DNA of 64,000 nt, taken from assembly GCA_950097015.1 (NCBI GenBank), contig CATNEN010000041.1:3534001-3598000 (forward strand), read 5' to 3'. This document shows, one piece after another, positions 1 to 17,500 of the stretch. Both the position numbers and the translations under genes were made by a program. Under the pieces are notes generated by a model. The model searched no databases, was not told where the DNA came from, and was given only the letters and a program-made list of their open reading frames with translations. Each line of letters opens with the position of its first letter. The stretch's first letter is position 1. The stretch comes from Macrostomum hystrix. Its lineage: Eukaryota; Animalia; Platyhelminthes.

Positions 1-2242
1 GATCGAAGAATTTTAGGCACGGCGCGGATGAGATGAGCCGCTTGACCTCACTGAAGGCTGCCTCGCACTTCTTGTCCCAGTTCCAGGGCACATCCTTGCG
101 CAGGAGTGCTGTCAGCGGCTCGGCGACATGCGACAGGTTCTTGATGTAGAACTGGAGAAACTTTGCGAAACCGAGGAAGGAAGCAAGCTCGGACGCGTTC
201 GTCGGTGCCTTGAGTTGCTCTACTGACTCAGCGTGGGACTGAAGCGGCTGGATGCCGGTGGCGCTGATCCGATGTCCGACGAACTGGATCTCTGGAACCT
301 TGAAAACGCACTTCTTGAGGTTGATGGTGACTCGGTGATGCAGCAGCTTGTCCAGGACTCGGAAAAGGCGTTTGTCATGCTCGGCTTCCGTTGCCGCGTG
401 CACCGCGATGTCATCTTGATAGTGCATGACGCCGTCGATGCCTTCCAGGATCTTGCCGACGACCTTCTGGAAGGCCGCCGGAGCTGAGCTGATTCCGAAT
501 GGCATTCGCTTGAATCGGTACAGGCCGGATTCTGTGTGGAAGCAGGTCAGGTTCTTGGCGTCTTCGTGCAGCGGCAGTTGCAGGTACGACTGGTTGAGAT
601 CAATCCGCGAGAACCACTTGGAGTTGGAAAACTCGGTAACTAGGTCGGCGAATGTTGGCAGTGACATCGAGTCTGGGACAATCGCCTTGTTGACACTGCG
701 CAGATCGACGCAGAGGCGAAGCTTCCCGTCAGACTTCCTGGCGCAAGTGACATTCGATTGCCAATCAGGAACGTCGCCTTCGGCGCGCTCGATGATGCCT
801 TCTTCCTTCCAGCGATGGATCTCCGCAGCACACTCTTGGCGCAGAGCGAGCGGCAGCCGGCGCATCCGCTGGGCTACCGGCGGCACGGTCGGGTCTACCC
901 TGGGGCGGTGGCAGAAGCCCTTGATCTCGCCGAGACCGGTGCCTAAAGTGTGGTACTTGGCAGGAATCCAATCTGGCATAGGTGGCATACCTGAAGCCTC
1001 GTTACCCGAGCTAATAGTGAAGATTTGATGGCCGGAAGGTCCGAGGACCTTGCAGTCGAGTTTGTCCATCAGGTCGATGCCCATCAGGTCGTCGCCGTCC
1101 ATCACAATTGTGAAGGTGAACAACGGAAGCTGAACGCCGTCGAACTCGACCCTGGCATCGATCTCGCCGGCGACGCTGATACTGGAGCCGTTGTAGGAAA
1201 GCAGCTTCTTGTCGCACGGGCGCAGAGGAATTTTGGATCCGAAGATTTTGCGGCTTGTCTCCATGCTGAGGATGGAGACTTTGGCGGCTGTGTCCACCAG
1301 TAACGGGATGCTGTGACCATTGATTCTTATGCTGGCCCTCTTGTATTGGCCTTTGTGGCTCGACCCGACAGCGAAGATACTCTGCTGTCTGGAGCTGTCT
1401 ATCTCGACGCCTTGAATCTTCTTTTGGCCTGAGGTCGGTGCCGTCGTGCTGCTCTTGCACACCTTGGCGAAGTGGTTGAGCCTCCCGCACTTCGTGCACG
1501 CCTTGCCTCGTGCCGCACAGCGCGGATCACTGCCTGTGCGGTGGCCTCGCTGGCCGCAGTGCGAGCAGCAGAACTGGTTCTGCTGACCCGTCTGGCGCTG
1601 CTTGGCGTCGTAGGAAGCTCTCTTAAAGTTGATCTTCTTGATGCTGTCGTCGGCTGCTGTCTTGCCAGTCAGCGACTTCTCACTGTGGACCGCCATTTCC
1701 ACCTGGGCTGCAATTTGGATTGCCCCGCCCAGCGTGAGCTCCTTCTCAAGTAGGAGTCTTTCGCGCACCTTTGAGGACGAGGTGCCAAAGATCAGCTGGT
1801 CCAGGATGAGGTCGTCATGGAGGACTCCAAACTGGCAGTCCTTGGCGGCATGGCGCAGATTTGCCACAAAGGCTTGCACGCCTTCGGCGCTTCGCTGGAC
1901 GCACTTCCGGAATTCGTGCCTCTTGGCATACACGCTCACTGCTGGCTGGAAGTGCTGCTTCAGGAGATCGCATGCCGCTGCTAGTGTTGTCGGAGCCGTT
2001 TCCTGGTCAGCCGAGAGAGTCCGGTAGATTCGTACTCCTTCGCGCCCAAGGCAGTGGGTGAGCAGCGCAATCTTCCTGGCTTCTTGCAGGCTATCGATTC
2101 CGGATGCTAGCAGGTAGGTGTCAAACTCAGCGGCCCAGATTTCCCACGAAACTGCAGGTGTTCCTGGGTTGTCCAGAAATGGTGGAGGTTCTCTGAGGTT
2201 CAGGCGTAGTGCTGGCGCTGTGGCATTCTCAGTGCTACCCAT
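1..2242 (-). CDS. Ty3/gypsy (Mag-like) gag-pol polyprotein, open and truncated by the window edge
   Basis: My minus-strand translation from ATG 2242 (MGSTENATAPALRL...) has no stop to position 1, which is probably why it is missing from the ORF track. It contains two Gag zinc knuckles (CSHCGQRGHRTGSDPRC, CTKCGRLNHFAKVC), a protease motif (LLVDTAAKVSIL) and RT motifs (KLRLCVDLRSVN, RMPFGISSAPAAFQ, HYQDDI, FLGF). Confidence 0.93.
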   Translation of the reverse strand, partial: MGSTENATAPALRLNLREPPPFLDNPGTPAVSWEIWAAEFDTYLLASGIDSLQEARKIALLTHCLGREGVRIYRTLSADQETAPTTLAAACDLLKQHFQPAVSVYAKRHEFRKCVQRSAEGVQAFVANLRHAAKDCQFGVLHDDLILDQLIFGTSSSKVRERLLLEKELTLGGAIQIAAQVEMAVHSEKSLTGKTAADDSIKKINFKRASYDAKQRQTGQQNQFCCSHCGQRGHRTGSDPRCAARGKACTKCGRLNHFAKVCKSSTTAPTSGQKKIQGVEIDSSRQQSIFAVGSSHKGQYKRASIRINGHSIPLLVDTAAKVSILSMETSRKIFGSKIPLRPCDKKLLSYNGSSISVAGEIDARVEFDGVQLPLFTFTIVMDGDDLMGIDLMDKLDCKVLGPSGHQIFTISSGNEASGMPPMPDWIPAKYHTLGTGLGEIKGFCHRPRVDPTVPPVAQRMRRLPLALRQECAAEIHRWKEEGIIERAEGDVPDWQSNVTCARKSDGKLRLCVDLRSVNKAIVPDSMSLPTFADLVTEFSNSKWFSRIDLNQSYLQLPLHEDAKNLTCFHTESGLYRFKRMPFGISSAPAAFQKVVGKILEGIDGVMHYQDDIAVHAATEAEHDKRLFRVLDKLLHHRVTINLKKCVFKVPEIQFVGHRISATGIQPLQSHAESVEQLKAPTNASELASFLGFAKFLQFYIKNLSHVAEPLTALLRKDVPWNWDKKCEAAFSEVKRLISSAPCLKFFD

Positions 2243-2385
2243 TTCCGATTGGCTCAACTGGCTGACTTGCAGTTGTGAGTGCCGTATGAGTGCGAAAGTC
2301 GCTTAGTGGGCCTGGCTGCCGTGAGTTGATTGGCTGGACTGCGCTGGTTTGGGGGGTTTGCTCTAACCCCTGCTTGCGATGCCAG

Positions 2386-2553
2386 TGTTGTGGCTGCTAG
2401 CCAAATAAGCGAGGCGAGGCCAAGTCCAGTTAACCAAGGGTGAGGGTGCTCTCTCGCGTAGCGAGAGCCGTGTATATATATTATTGAACCTCACATGTAC
2501 ATTGATTACATAAGTACCCTATGAGCAAATGTGCACATAGGCCATTCACAACA
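2386..2553 (-). mobile_element. 5' LTR (168 bp) of the gypsy element, followed by a primer-binding site
   Basis: Ends are TGTTGTG...CACAACA inverted termini. On the minus strand it is followed after one base by TGGCATCGCAAGCAGGGG (about 2367-2384), complementary to a tRNA 3' end ending in CCA (Ser-like, tentative). Confidence 0.82.
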
Positions 2554-2559
2554 GTAAAG

Positions 2560-4400
2560 TCTTTCTTAAAATTCTAATATAAATAACTAAGTTTTAAAGA
2601 TTTCTCAACCCTTTGTCTCCAGAGTCTTGCAAATTCAGCTTTAAAGTTCTCTTTTGTCGATTTATGGACTCTATTTTTGTGATCAGGAGACAGTTTTGCA
2701 TTACGTTGCTGTTTATTTTTGCCGTGATAGCGCAGCCAGTGTAAAGAGAATGGTTACTAATTTCGAGACAATAGAGTCTTGTCGATTAGATAGTAAAGCC
2801 CAGTACTGAATACTTCTTTTCTGTATGTTGTAAAGAAGAGGGAGCCTACCCAGTTATGAACGCGGGAGCTGTTGCTGTCAGTTTTTGGTTTACCTGGAGA
2901 ATGGCTTTACAATTCCTAAAATTTATTCTTTCAATTACACTTCTGTCCCATGGTCCATAGTTCCAAGACATAATGGCTCCCCATGCCTCTGAGGCACAAT
3001 GCTAACTATCATCAGGCTGTGCAAAATTGTATAAGTTGTTTGAGTTTAACCACTCGAAACCCAGATAATTTCTACGAAGCATTATTGGATATCCACACTT
3101 GCTAATAAGTTATTTAACATGAGAGTCCGCTGTTCCCTTTGTGTTCATGTGGAAGCCCAGGTATTTCCATTCCTGGATGGATTTAACTAGGCTACCCTGT
3201 GAAAACAATCGTGCTCTATTCTTAGGGAGCTAGTAGCTGCAGCTCATCAGCTTTAATTGTTTTCTGTGTGTTGGTTTCTAGATTCTAGTTTCTAGTTTCT
3301 GGATTCTAGTTTCTGAATTTGACAGAATTCTGAGACGTTGTCTATATAGGCCCTTTTGAATTGCCACTAAATCTTCGCCAAATATTACTAAGTCATCGCA
3401 GTAAGGCAGATTGTTTATCTCCTCATTCTGTATAAACGTGTCACTATGAAAGGGGTTATTGAGAATTGAAGTGTGTGAGCGTTATTGATTGACTTGGTTC
3501 ACTACTTCAGCTTTGCAATTGCTAATTGACTTAAGCAGCTCTGCTTGACGTTCATTGGTCCTTGCCTCCAATTCTTGTTTTAAGCTTGTATAGCTATAGA
3601 CTGAAACGCGTTGCGCGTCTTTTGAAAACTGTCTAGGCAGAGACTATTCGAGAGTTGTTTTATTTCACTGAGTGCTGCAGCAAAGCCTTCCTCGACTACT
3701 TTCAGCCGCTTTAAGTCCGTGTCCAAGAGGTCATGTTCTGTGTTTGTGGTTGCATCGACAAGTACTGCCTCGGCCTGGACTGCAGTGGAGTTCTTTTCAA
3801 GAGATCTTGCAGGTGAAGACTTTTTCTTGCGAATTTTACGCCAGGCCCGTGGGGCTTTGAATTCGGAGCCAGCTTCGACTGCGCTGATTGACTCAATCTC
3901 GCGGTCTCTTACATTTTCTGCCTGTTCATCCACTTCCGTCGTCTTCCTTTTTAAAAAACCTGTTCTACTGGTTTGAGTTGGAGCTGGCTGACTGAGGAAC
4001 GAGATATCTACTGATACTTCTGCCAGCTGAGGCAGATCTGCTGATATTGCCTGATGGCTTGCTGGTTGGGTGCATTTGCATTTCACCTGATTTTTGACTA
4101 GAAGATCCTGTACCAGCAGTGTTTTTAATTTCCATATCAACACTTATGCTGGCTGTTGATGTGCCGGAATGTCACGTTGATACGAGGTGGACATTATCCA
4201 GCTTTAAGAACAGCATGCTTGAAAGCTTATTGAGAGTCGCCCTGCATAACTACCATTGCTACCAGGCTGCATATTTACCATGTAGCGGCCTCCTTCCTGA
4301 ATGTAATGGAGAGCCCTCTTGTGGCACCGAGGGACAAGCTGGCAATTGTTGGATGGTCGCATAAGCATGGCTCGTTGTCCTGGTGAAAACCTATGGAGTC
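2560..4400 (-). mobile_element. Degraded non-LTR retrotransposon (RT fragment plus ORF1-like coiled-coil segment)
   Basis: Minus-strand NNLPYCDDLVIFGED (about 3370-3420) and WKYLGFHMNTKG (about 3140-3170), similar at DNA level to the LINE at 33.9 kb. The ORF at 3580-4143 looks ORF1-like, which is a weaker call. Confidence 0.65.
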
Positions 4401-4735
4401 ATCGCATCTCTGTAAAGGTTTAGCGGAGCACTGTTGAAATCAACTCCAAAGAGAGAAGCTGTTTTATAGCTACATGGTAGGAGATCAGTAGGAGAAGTAG
4501 GAGTCTAATAAAGAGTAGTCACAAAAATTGACACCAAAGCGACATAGAAAGCGACCAATCTATTTATATATTATCTGTGGTAGTCTGCGATCACAATCGC
4601 CTGGGAACTGAAGGAGATTACCTCACAAAGGAATCGCTACATAGCTGATTTACCGGAATTTTTTAAGTGTTGCTGCAAAACTGTCTCGCCATATGCAGGC
4701 TATCACGGTATAGTAAAAACCACACCATCCCGCAG

Positions 4736-5018
4736 ATCGATGCAGTATACTACAACACGTGGCAAGCACAGGTCCACGGTAAAAAGTGGTGGCGCCTGAG
4801 ACCACCTCTTAACTGCTACTACACTTGCAGACATGTTTACCAGGTTCTACTGCGACCTGGAGACATAAGTAAGTCTTACGCCATCGATTTTATATTTATT
4901 AATAATTTATTTATACATCAGACTAATTTCAGTTGCTTTGAGAACGTCAAAGTGGATCCACGAGACGGAAGTAGCGGCTGGGGAAATCAGCATTGCGCTG
5001 GGCGCGGAGTTCGACTAA
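4736..5018 (+). CDS. Last two exons (4736-4868, 4933-5018) of a JmjC/cupin-like 2OG-Fe(II) oxygenase family gene; upstream exons not found in the window
   Basis: AG|IDAVYYNTWQAQVHGKKWWRLRPPLNCYYTCRHVYQVLLRPGDI|GTAAGT splices in phase across a 64-nt intron to IALRTSKWIHETEVAAGEISIALGAEFD*. This fits the JmjC pattern (H)xD...WQAQxxGxK...PGD...WxH. AATAAA signals follow near 5083 and 5104. Confidence 0.75.
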
Positions 5019-5975
5019 ACTCCCACAACTTTGACATGCAGTACGTGTTGTACTTAATGAGTGTGTACTCCTTGCCATCCCAAATAAAAAGACGGAAATG
5101 CAGAAATAAAACACAATGAGTAAACTATTAGCAGGAAGTAAAAACTGACATGGCTGCCACAATTTCACATACCAGCACTGAGCTGATCACTAATATATGA
5201 GCTAATAAAAGTAAGTGTAATTATGCGCATAATATATTTGACTGGGAATAAGAACGTTTTTGCACAACAACTAAACTGCGAATCATTAGACGAAAAAAAC
5301 AATGCATAAAATTAAAATTGAGAGGCAGATAGTACAATAAATTTCTTTTCGTGACTATAAAAATATGATTGCAGTTTTAAAAGGACAGATCCACTAATAG
5401 CTAAAGGAATCAGATCAATACATCTAATTATGTATTACTGGGCTATGAGCACTTTTTAATGCCTCCTAAGCTCAGGTTCATGAAGTGAAATCAAATGGCA
5501 ATTCGAATCAGGGCTGACGCTTAAAAAAGTTCAACAAAAGATCTGCCTAGAAAAAAACAATGCGCTTGCGCAGAATCTTACGCTTTAGATTGAGCACTGT
5601 CTAGAATAGTTTAAAATATTCGAGCTAGCATAGAATCCATTATAGGACAGCAGAATCAAATCTTGCCGACTAACTTTCGACTAAAAGAGCAGATCTCCTA
5701 CTTAAGGACTCTCGTGTGATTCATTATCTGGTAAAAAGATAATATGTCTGCTATGAACATCTGAAGCGACACATGCCGAGTGGCCTAACGCGAAATGAAA
5801 TTATACGTTCACACTGTCAGCCCTGGGATAGCGCTTATATTCAAGCTAGGTTAATTAGGATAGTATACATACGAGCTAGCAATGTAGCAATGTTTTATCG
5901 TTAATTGTGGGTTTTCCATTGCTTACTGAAATAATAACAAAAGCATCTTAAGAAGCCTAAAACTCTATGCATCGA

Positions 5976-11486
<5,511 letters not shown>

Positions 11487-12410
11487 TTAAAAGTAATGTA
11501 GAAATGAACAACTATATTGATAATAGTGTGACAGTTAGCACAGTTATGCAAAGGATTATCGATAAGACAAATACTGAGCAAAACAAAAAATTGCAAGAAG
11601 CTGATGTTTGCAATCAGAGCAAACAAGGATGGATGGCATCTGTTTTAATACTAATCGATAAAATAAGGATAATAATTTTTAGTTCATATATGCTACTATA
11701 AGTAGTTTATTATTGCTATGCACAGCACTTTGTGTAATACTCTGTATGGTTTGTACAACAGTGACCATGAACACACAAAATTTTTAATAAGCATCTTTTT
11801 TATGTAATATAACACTTTAAAACAATTTAAACATTTTTATCTAACAAAAATGTAATTTTAAAGGTAATTCTTATAAAGGTCATGTCTAGGTAAGAATTGA
11901 CAGATGTGGCAGACAGACTTGGTAGTGGGTCTATGAAGTTTGCTAGCCAAAGTTAGCCCTAGCAAGAACTCTACTTATTGCATAAGTAGTATGTCCTAAG
12001 TGATTGTTTAACTGAAATAAAAAGTGACTATCTTAAATAAAATTTTAAATTTTGCTAAGGGGCATTGGGTGCTAAAGGGGGCTGTCAAAGGGGCAAAGAC
12101 TTCTTGCAGGGGAAATATAGATAGCCTAGTATTCTTTTGGTTCTCTATTTCTGGGGTAAATCAGTTCTATTCTGCTAGGGGGACATTAGTTCTCTGCTGC
12201 TGGGGGAGACAGTTTTTGTCTGCTTAGGCTCTCACCCCAGAGGGGATTATGCTTGGAGCTATGCAGTAGGAAGTGAATAAGTATATTGAGGGGACCAGTT
12301 AGTCACTTACACTAAATTAAAAAAGCCTTTTGATAGGGTTATAACCAAGAAATTACTCTTAGGCCTACTGGTTCTTGAAAGTGGTTCAAATTAAACAGAC
12401 ACCTTATATC

Positions 12411-12805
12411 CCACTTTCATCCAGCAAGGCCCTGTTTGAGCGTATTGGTACGTCAGAAGTGTCGAAAGTGACTTGCTGTTGACTGCTGAGTAGGCCTAGC
12501 ATTGTGCAGCATGCTACAGCTGTAGCTAGTCCGCTGCTGACCAAAAACCACCATGAGAGAAGTCTGCAATGGGCCAGTTCCAACCTTAAGACAGATTTCT
12601 AAAGAGACAGTTCTGTTTACAGACAAGACTTGTGCCACATTAGATGGACCTGATGGCTGGTCCAGAGGCTAGACACCATCAGGGACTTGGTGGACCCCCG
12701 ACCAAGTGCATCATCAACAAAGAGGCGAGGGCATTATGATCTAGGCAGGAATTATCAACAGCATTCTTGTGAGCCCAATCCTTGTTCCTAAAAGTGTTAA
12801 GATCA
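12411..12805 (+). mobile_element. Tc1-like transposase remnant with stops and frameshifts
   Basis: PLLTKNHHERSLQWASSNLKTDF, VLFTDKTCATLDGPDGW and QQRGEGIMI*AGII match Tc1-family motifs (VLFTDE...TLDGPDGW, QQGGGGVMFWAGI). Confidence 0.7.
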
Positions 12806-14391
12806 TAGTAGGCCCCTAGCCTCCTATTGTGAGTTCCCAGAGACCAACTTTGTTTTGTGATAAAGAACAGAGAAAATGTTTTTAATGGCATTTTAGTATT
12901 CCTAAACTGTATTAGATTCTTGCTAATCTGTAGGCTTAGAGTTTTGCTAAACTGCATTAGTGATTCTTGCTATTCTTACTCTTATATTCTTATGAAACTG
13001 TGCTTGAATCTTGCTAAACTTCATTTGAATCATGCTAATTTTGCTAAACTGCTAAAAATTCTTGCTAGCCTACATTCAATCAATTCTTACTAAACTGCAA
13101 AATATTTTTTGTTTTAGGCATAACTCTATTAGAATCTTGCTAAACTGCATTCAATTCTCAGCTAAAGGGGGAATAATTAGCTAATTATAGATATTTAATT
13201 GGTTGCTTCATGGCTATAGTGGGGGTAATCTCAAACCCGAAGGCGTTTTGAAGGATTTTTTAAAAACTAATAAATGATCGTTTTTTTCTAGCACAATAGA
13301 AACTTTATATTTTTAATATAGAAACGATTGTATAACTAGGGATATTTATAACTTAAATACAATAGTTTTACTGTATGAAAATTGTAAAAATCAGCAGTAG
13401 GTGTATTTATTTTTAAACTATAGTTTGTGAATTAGGTTTTCTAAAACCGTATTCATTATCTTGACTGCAAACACATTTATTTACATATTATTATTCTAAA
13501 ATATGTTAGGTTTTATAAAATAGTGAATTGAAGAGCTCTGTAATAGATTTTCAAGCAGTTAAACACATTTTCCGCTTGAATAATCAATAATGATTAAGAA
13601 AATTCTCAGCAAGCAAAAGAAAAAACTATGAATATGTCTGACTATATAAAACAGATGCCGACTGGGTACACAAGTGAATATTATGAAGAAAGCAATTATT
13701 CATTGATTCTTAGAAAACAATCAATAAAAATATGTGAAATTTTAAACCAGTAACTATCGAAAGCAGCGCATATTACTGCACTCTATGCTTACCAAATTAA
13801 TTCTTACAACATTGTTAGTAAATTGAGAAAGTAAAAAGAAGAAACTTTTGATCAAAGCTACCACTGTATAACAAAAACTATAGGACATGCAACATCACTT
13901 GGAGTAATATACACACAGTTTGGCACTACGGGCGATATGGCTTCACTTAATAATGACAACGTCAAAAAAAACAGCTGACTGTTGTGTCAGTACTCGCAAA
14001 CCAATTTTGTATCCAGCAGTCTATTAATAATGAAGATGGCCTTTAGGGTAAGACTTATTGATCGGTTCTGATCACCTATCTGCCGTATGCAGTACTGATT
14101 TTGGAGGTGCGTTCTCACAAACTATATGGTATTAACTCCTTCAGACTGTCACCGAAGACATGAATCAATGTTGAATCAAAAAAAATATGTTGTGGCTTTG
14201 TCTCCCTTGAATAGCAGTTTGAAGGTGCGTAAATGGAATCTAAATGAGCAATTAAAACCTGAACTTCCATCAATAATTGTGTGTAGAACAGAATGTACCA
14301 AAAATGAACGTGTTCGGGGACTTTAGCTTAGCTCTTACTACAAAAAATCCTAACTTTAGTTATTAAATTGCACATGAAAATAATTAATACT

Positions 14392-17300
14392 TTAGAGCTC
14401 ATGATTATCTTCAATTCCTGCTGTAGTCACCTTGTAACAACAGGAAGGGTCGCAGTAAAAGTTGTCGGGCAGGTCCTTTTGAATACGAAACCCTGCGCAT
14501 TGCCAATGCAGCCATTGATTGCAGCCATCGCACTGAATCCATTGGACTTTTCTTCCTGTTGGTTTAATACAGTCTTTGAATGCGCAAGACTCTAACTCAA
14601 CCGATGCGATGGCTTTTTTGGATGTTGCCAAAGGAATCCAATTTTTTGCCTCGTGACAGCTGCAATCCGCAACAGCAGTGGTACATAAACAGGACAGATG
14701 CCTGTAGGTGATTTCAGCACCTACTCTGCAAACCTCATGCGTTTTCATCATGCCAGGCATGTCCGATATTTTTTTGGACTCAAGCTGTGTGGCATAAACG
14801 TCGATCTCTGCAGATGTAACGATAAACAGTTGCATCTTCAACTTCTCACCCGAGTTAGCCGCCTTAATAACTGTCTCCACTGAATCAACGTCACTTTCAG
14901 CTGCAACAACATCGTCGCATCGCCGCTTCAATGCTGCACCAACACCATCAGCGGCACTCTTTCCATGACCGGCTTCAGAGAAAATCCAACGCCAGTGGTG
15001 GATCCCACGCCTCCTTAACAAGTCGTTTACCAGAAACATATAGTACCCTTGTTGCGGTACTGACTTGTTGGTGAATCGGAAATTATTGTAACGCGTCTCA
15101 CTATTTGATCCTGAGTATTGAGGTCATAAAAAGTTATTGCCTTGTCGAGATGAGCAGCCACAGCGGGCGAAGTCTTCCTGATGTCTGTCGAGAGCGAGGC
15201 GAATGCCTGCGGTTCCTTGCCAGACAGGTAGGCAATGCCTTGGTGGATTACGATGTCTACATTTCCTCCGTAATAAGCCGACTGAACGCTGCAGGTGTGT
15301 GTCTTGGAAGCATAATTTTCTGAGTAATCTACATGCAGCACAAGATGTCCAGGCTGCAACGTCGATCTTACATGACGAATGGCTTGAGATTGATGACGGA
15401 AACGCCTGAAATGGGCGCCGTATCTGCATAGGTCTATAAGCAGCTTGTCTACCGCAGCGTTGTTACAAGGACCACTGTAGTATAACAGGACGGGAAACTC
15501 AAAGATCGTGTAAATTTTTAGAAGGCCGATTTCCTGGAAAAAATACACTGCGGAGATAGGAAAAAGTCATTTTTTCAGCACATAATCAACTATTGCTTTT
15601 GATCTGGAGCAAATACAAATCCGATTATATTAGTACAGCATGCCCAACATTAAGCTCCATTGTTTTTATATAGCTTTCTTTATAAAAGTCTTATTTTCAC
15701 ATATATATATTATATAATAGTGTCTTGAATCTATATAGACTATGGACTAGCAAATTTAATGGCTCAAAATATGATAGCTAAATATTCTTAATTTGGCATA
15801 AATTGTTTGAATTAACAAATAAGCTAAATATTGGCAAAGTTTGGCAAAACTAACAGCCAAAAAAATTAATTAACTTACTTGGTTGCATTAAAATCTTGAA
15901 ATTTGGAAATTTGTTGTACCTTTATAGCTATATAGTTGCCACTGTTATAGTAATTAATTTTGTTTGGCTGTTAGTTTTGCCAAACTATTTAGCCAATTTG
16001 TTAATTCAAACAATTTATGCCAAATTAAGAATATTTAGCTATCATATTTTGAGCCATTAAATTTGCTAGTCTATAGTCTATATAGATTCAAGACACTATT
16101 ATATAATATATATATGTGAAAATAAGACTTTTATAAAGAAAGCTATATAAAAACAATGGAGCTTAATGTTGGGCATGCTGTACTAATATAATCGGATTTG
16201 TACTTGCTCCAGATCAAAAGCAATAGTTGATTATGTGCTGAAAAAATGACTTTTTCCTATCTCCGCAGTGTATTTTTTCCAGGAAATCGGCCTTCTAAAA
16301 ATTTACACGATCTTTGAGTTTCCCGTCCTGTTATACTACAGTGGTCCTTGCGTTGTTATCCAAGGTCTCAGAAATAAGGCCTGTTGTCACTGTTCCTCTG
16401 GCGGGCAAGGTCACCAGTCCCCATTTCTGAAACGTCACCTGCGGCTTGCTAATCATGACTTTTAAAGGTGTTTTGTACTTACAGGCGACGCACTGCCGCT
16501 GGAGGCAGACATCCTGCTCAGTTCCGCTGCACATGATGCTGCGAAGTAGCACGTGTTTGTCTGTGGAACTAACGGCTCGCACCGCAAACATGCCTTTAAT
16601 AAACAGGTCCAGATTAGCACACTGTTGACAAAGACACTGCTCTCGGTCTGTTAGTCTTGGCTTGACGACGTGCCAAGGTTTCAAACGATAAAAGGAAGCG
16701 CGGCTGACCTTTAACAGAGGATTCTCTGCAAGGAACCTAATGCGCAATATCTCAAGGGAGCGGTATAGAAGAAACCGCTTCTGTCGACGCTCTTTGTTGC
16801 GCGTCAAGTTCTCATTGCGTCCGGCGGTAGCTCTTGAGACTGTATCTTGACAGTAAAATTCCTCTACAGCCTTCCGTGTTACGCTAATGGTTTGCGGTAG
16901 CACCGGGTTCCGCAGCTCTCTCCAGCGATATTTTAACAGCCGCATGACTCTCAATCGCAAACTATCAGTTGCTGTGCGGCATGCCTGCTTCACAAGCTTG
17001 CGTACGACATTCTTTCGTTTAGCCAAGACAACAGTTCGAACGATATGCTTCAACGCCATAATTTTGTTTTTTGTCTTCGCTACAAAGTAGGTGGCAGCTT
17101 TCTCGACTGACTTACGGCGCTTGTCTGATCGGAGCTTTTGTCGTGTCACTGTCAGCATCTTGTCTTCTAGTGCCTCGACTTTCCGAACCAGCTTTGACCG
17201 CTCGCGCAATCTGGCAGCAGTTCTTCTTGGAGATTCCACACTCTGGTCTCCAGAGTCAGATTTTTTTGCTGTCCTAAATTTAGTTTGCTCACTCAGACGT

Positions 17301-17500
17301 TTTCGACGCAGCCTACGAAGCCGGCTTTCTCTGTCTCTCCAGTCTTGTGTGATAGACGCTTTGCTTATAGCATACGCTCCTTTGCTTTGTTTTGCTCTTT
17401 TTGCCACAAAGCCATCAGAATCTTCCATCGCTTTCCTTGCCAGGTACTGCTGCCATTGCTCACGCTTTTTTATTCTCTTTGCATATACCTTGGAGACCAT
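14392..17500 (-). pseudogene. Disrupted DDD-type DNA transposase with C-terminal PHD finger (Sola-like, superfamily tentative), about 737 aa when reconstructed
   Basis: Motifs DYSENY, ISDSPTSQYRNK, SEAGHGKSAADGVG and PHD-like CAFKDC...WIQCDGCNQWLHWQCAG...FYCDPSC. It is split by the 15466-16350 insertion and has a 2-nt frameshift near 15040. Element termini were not identified. Confidence 0.8.
15466..16350. mobile_element. 885-bp foldback non-autonomous DNA transposon with about 400-bp inverted arms and an 8-bp TSD
   Basis: Arms 15466-15872 and 15951-16350 are near-perfect reverse complements around a 78-bp spacer. Termini are CAAGG...CCTTG. Direct repeat CGTTGTTA at 15458-15465 and 16351-16358. 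Confidence 0.93.

Noticed and set aside
220-2306. Plus-strand and short ORFs over the gypsy element, and similar antisense ORFs over other genes
   Set aside because: They are shadow frames of GC-rich coding sequence on another strand or frame.
5765-5795. tRNA-Leu/Ser-like A-box (GCCGAGTGGCCTAACGCG)
   Set aside because: No B-box or cloverleaf follows.
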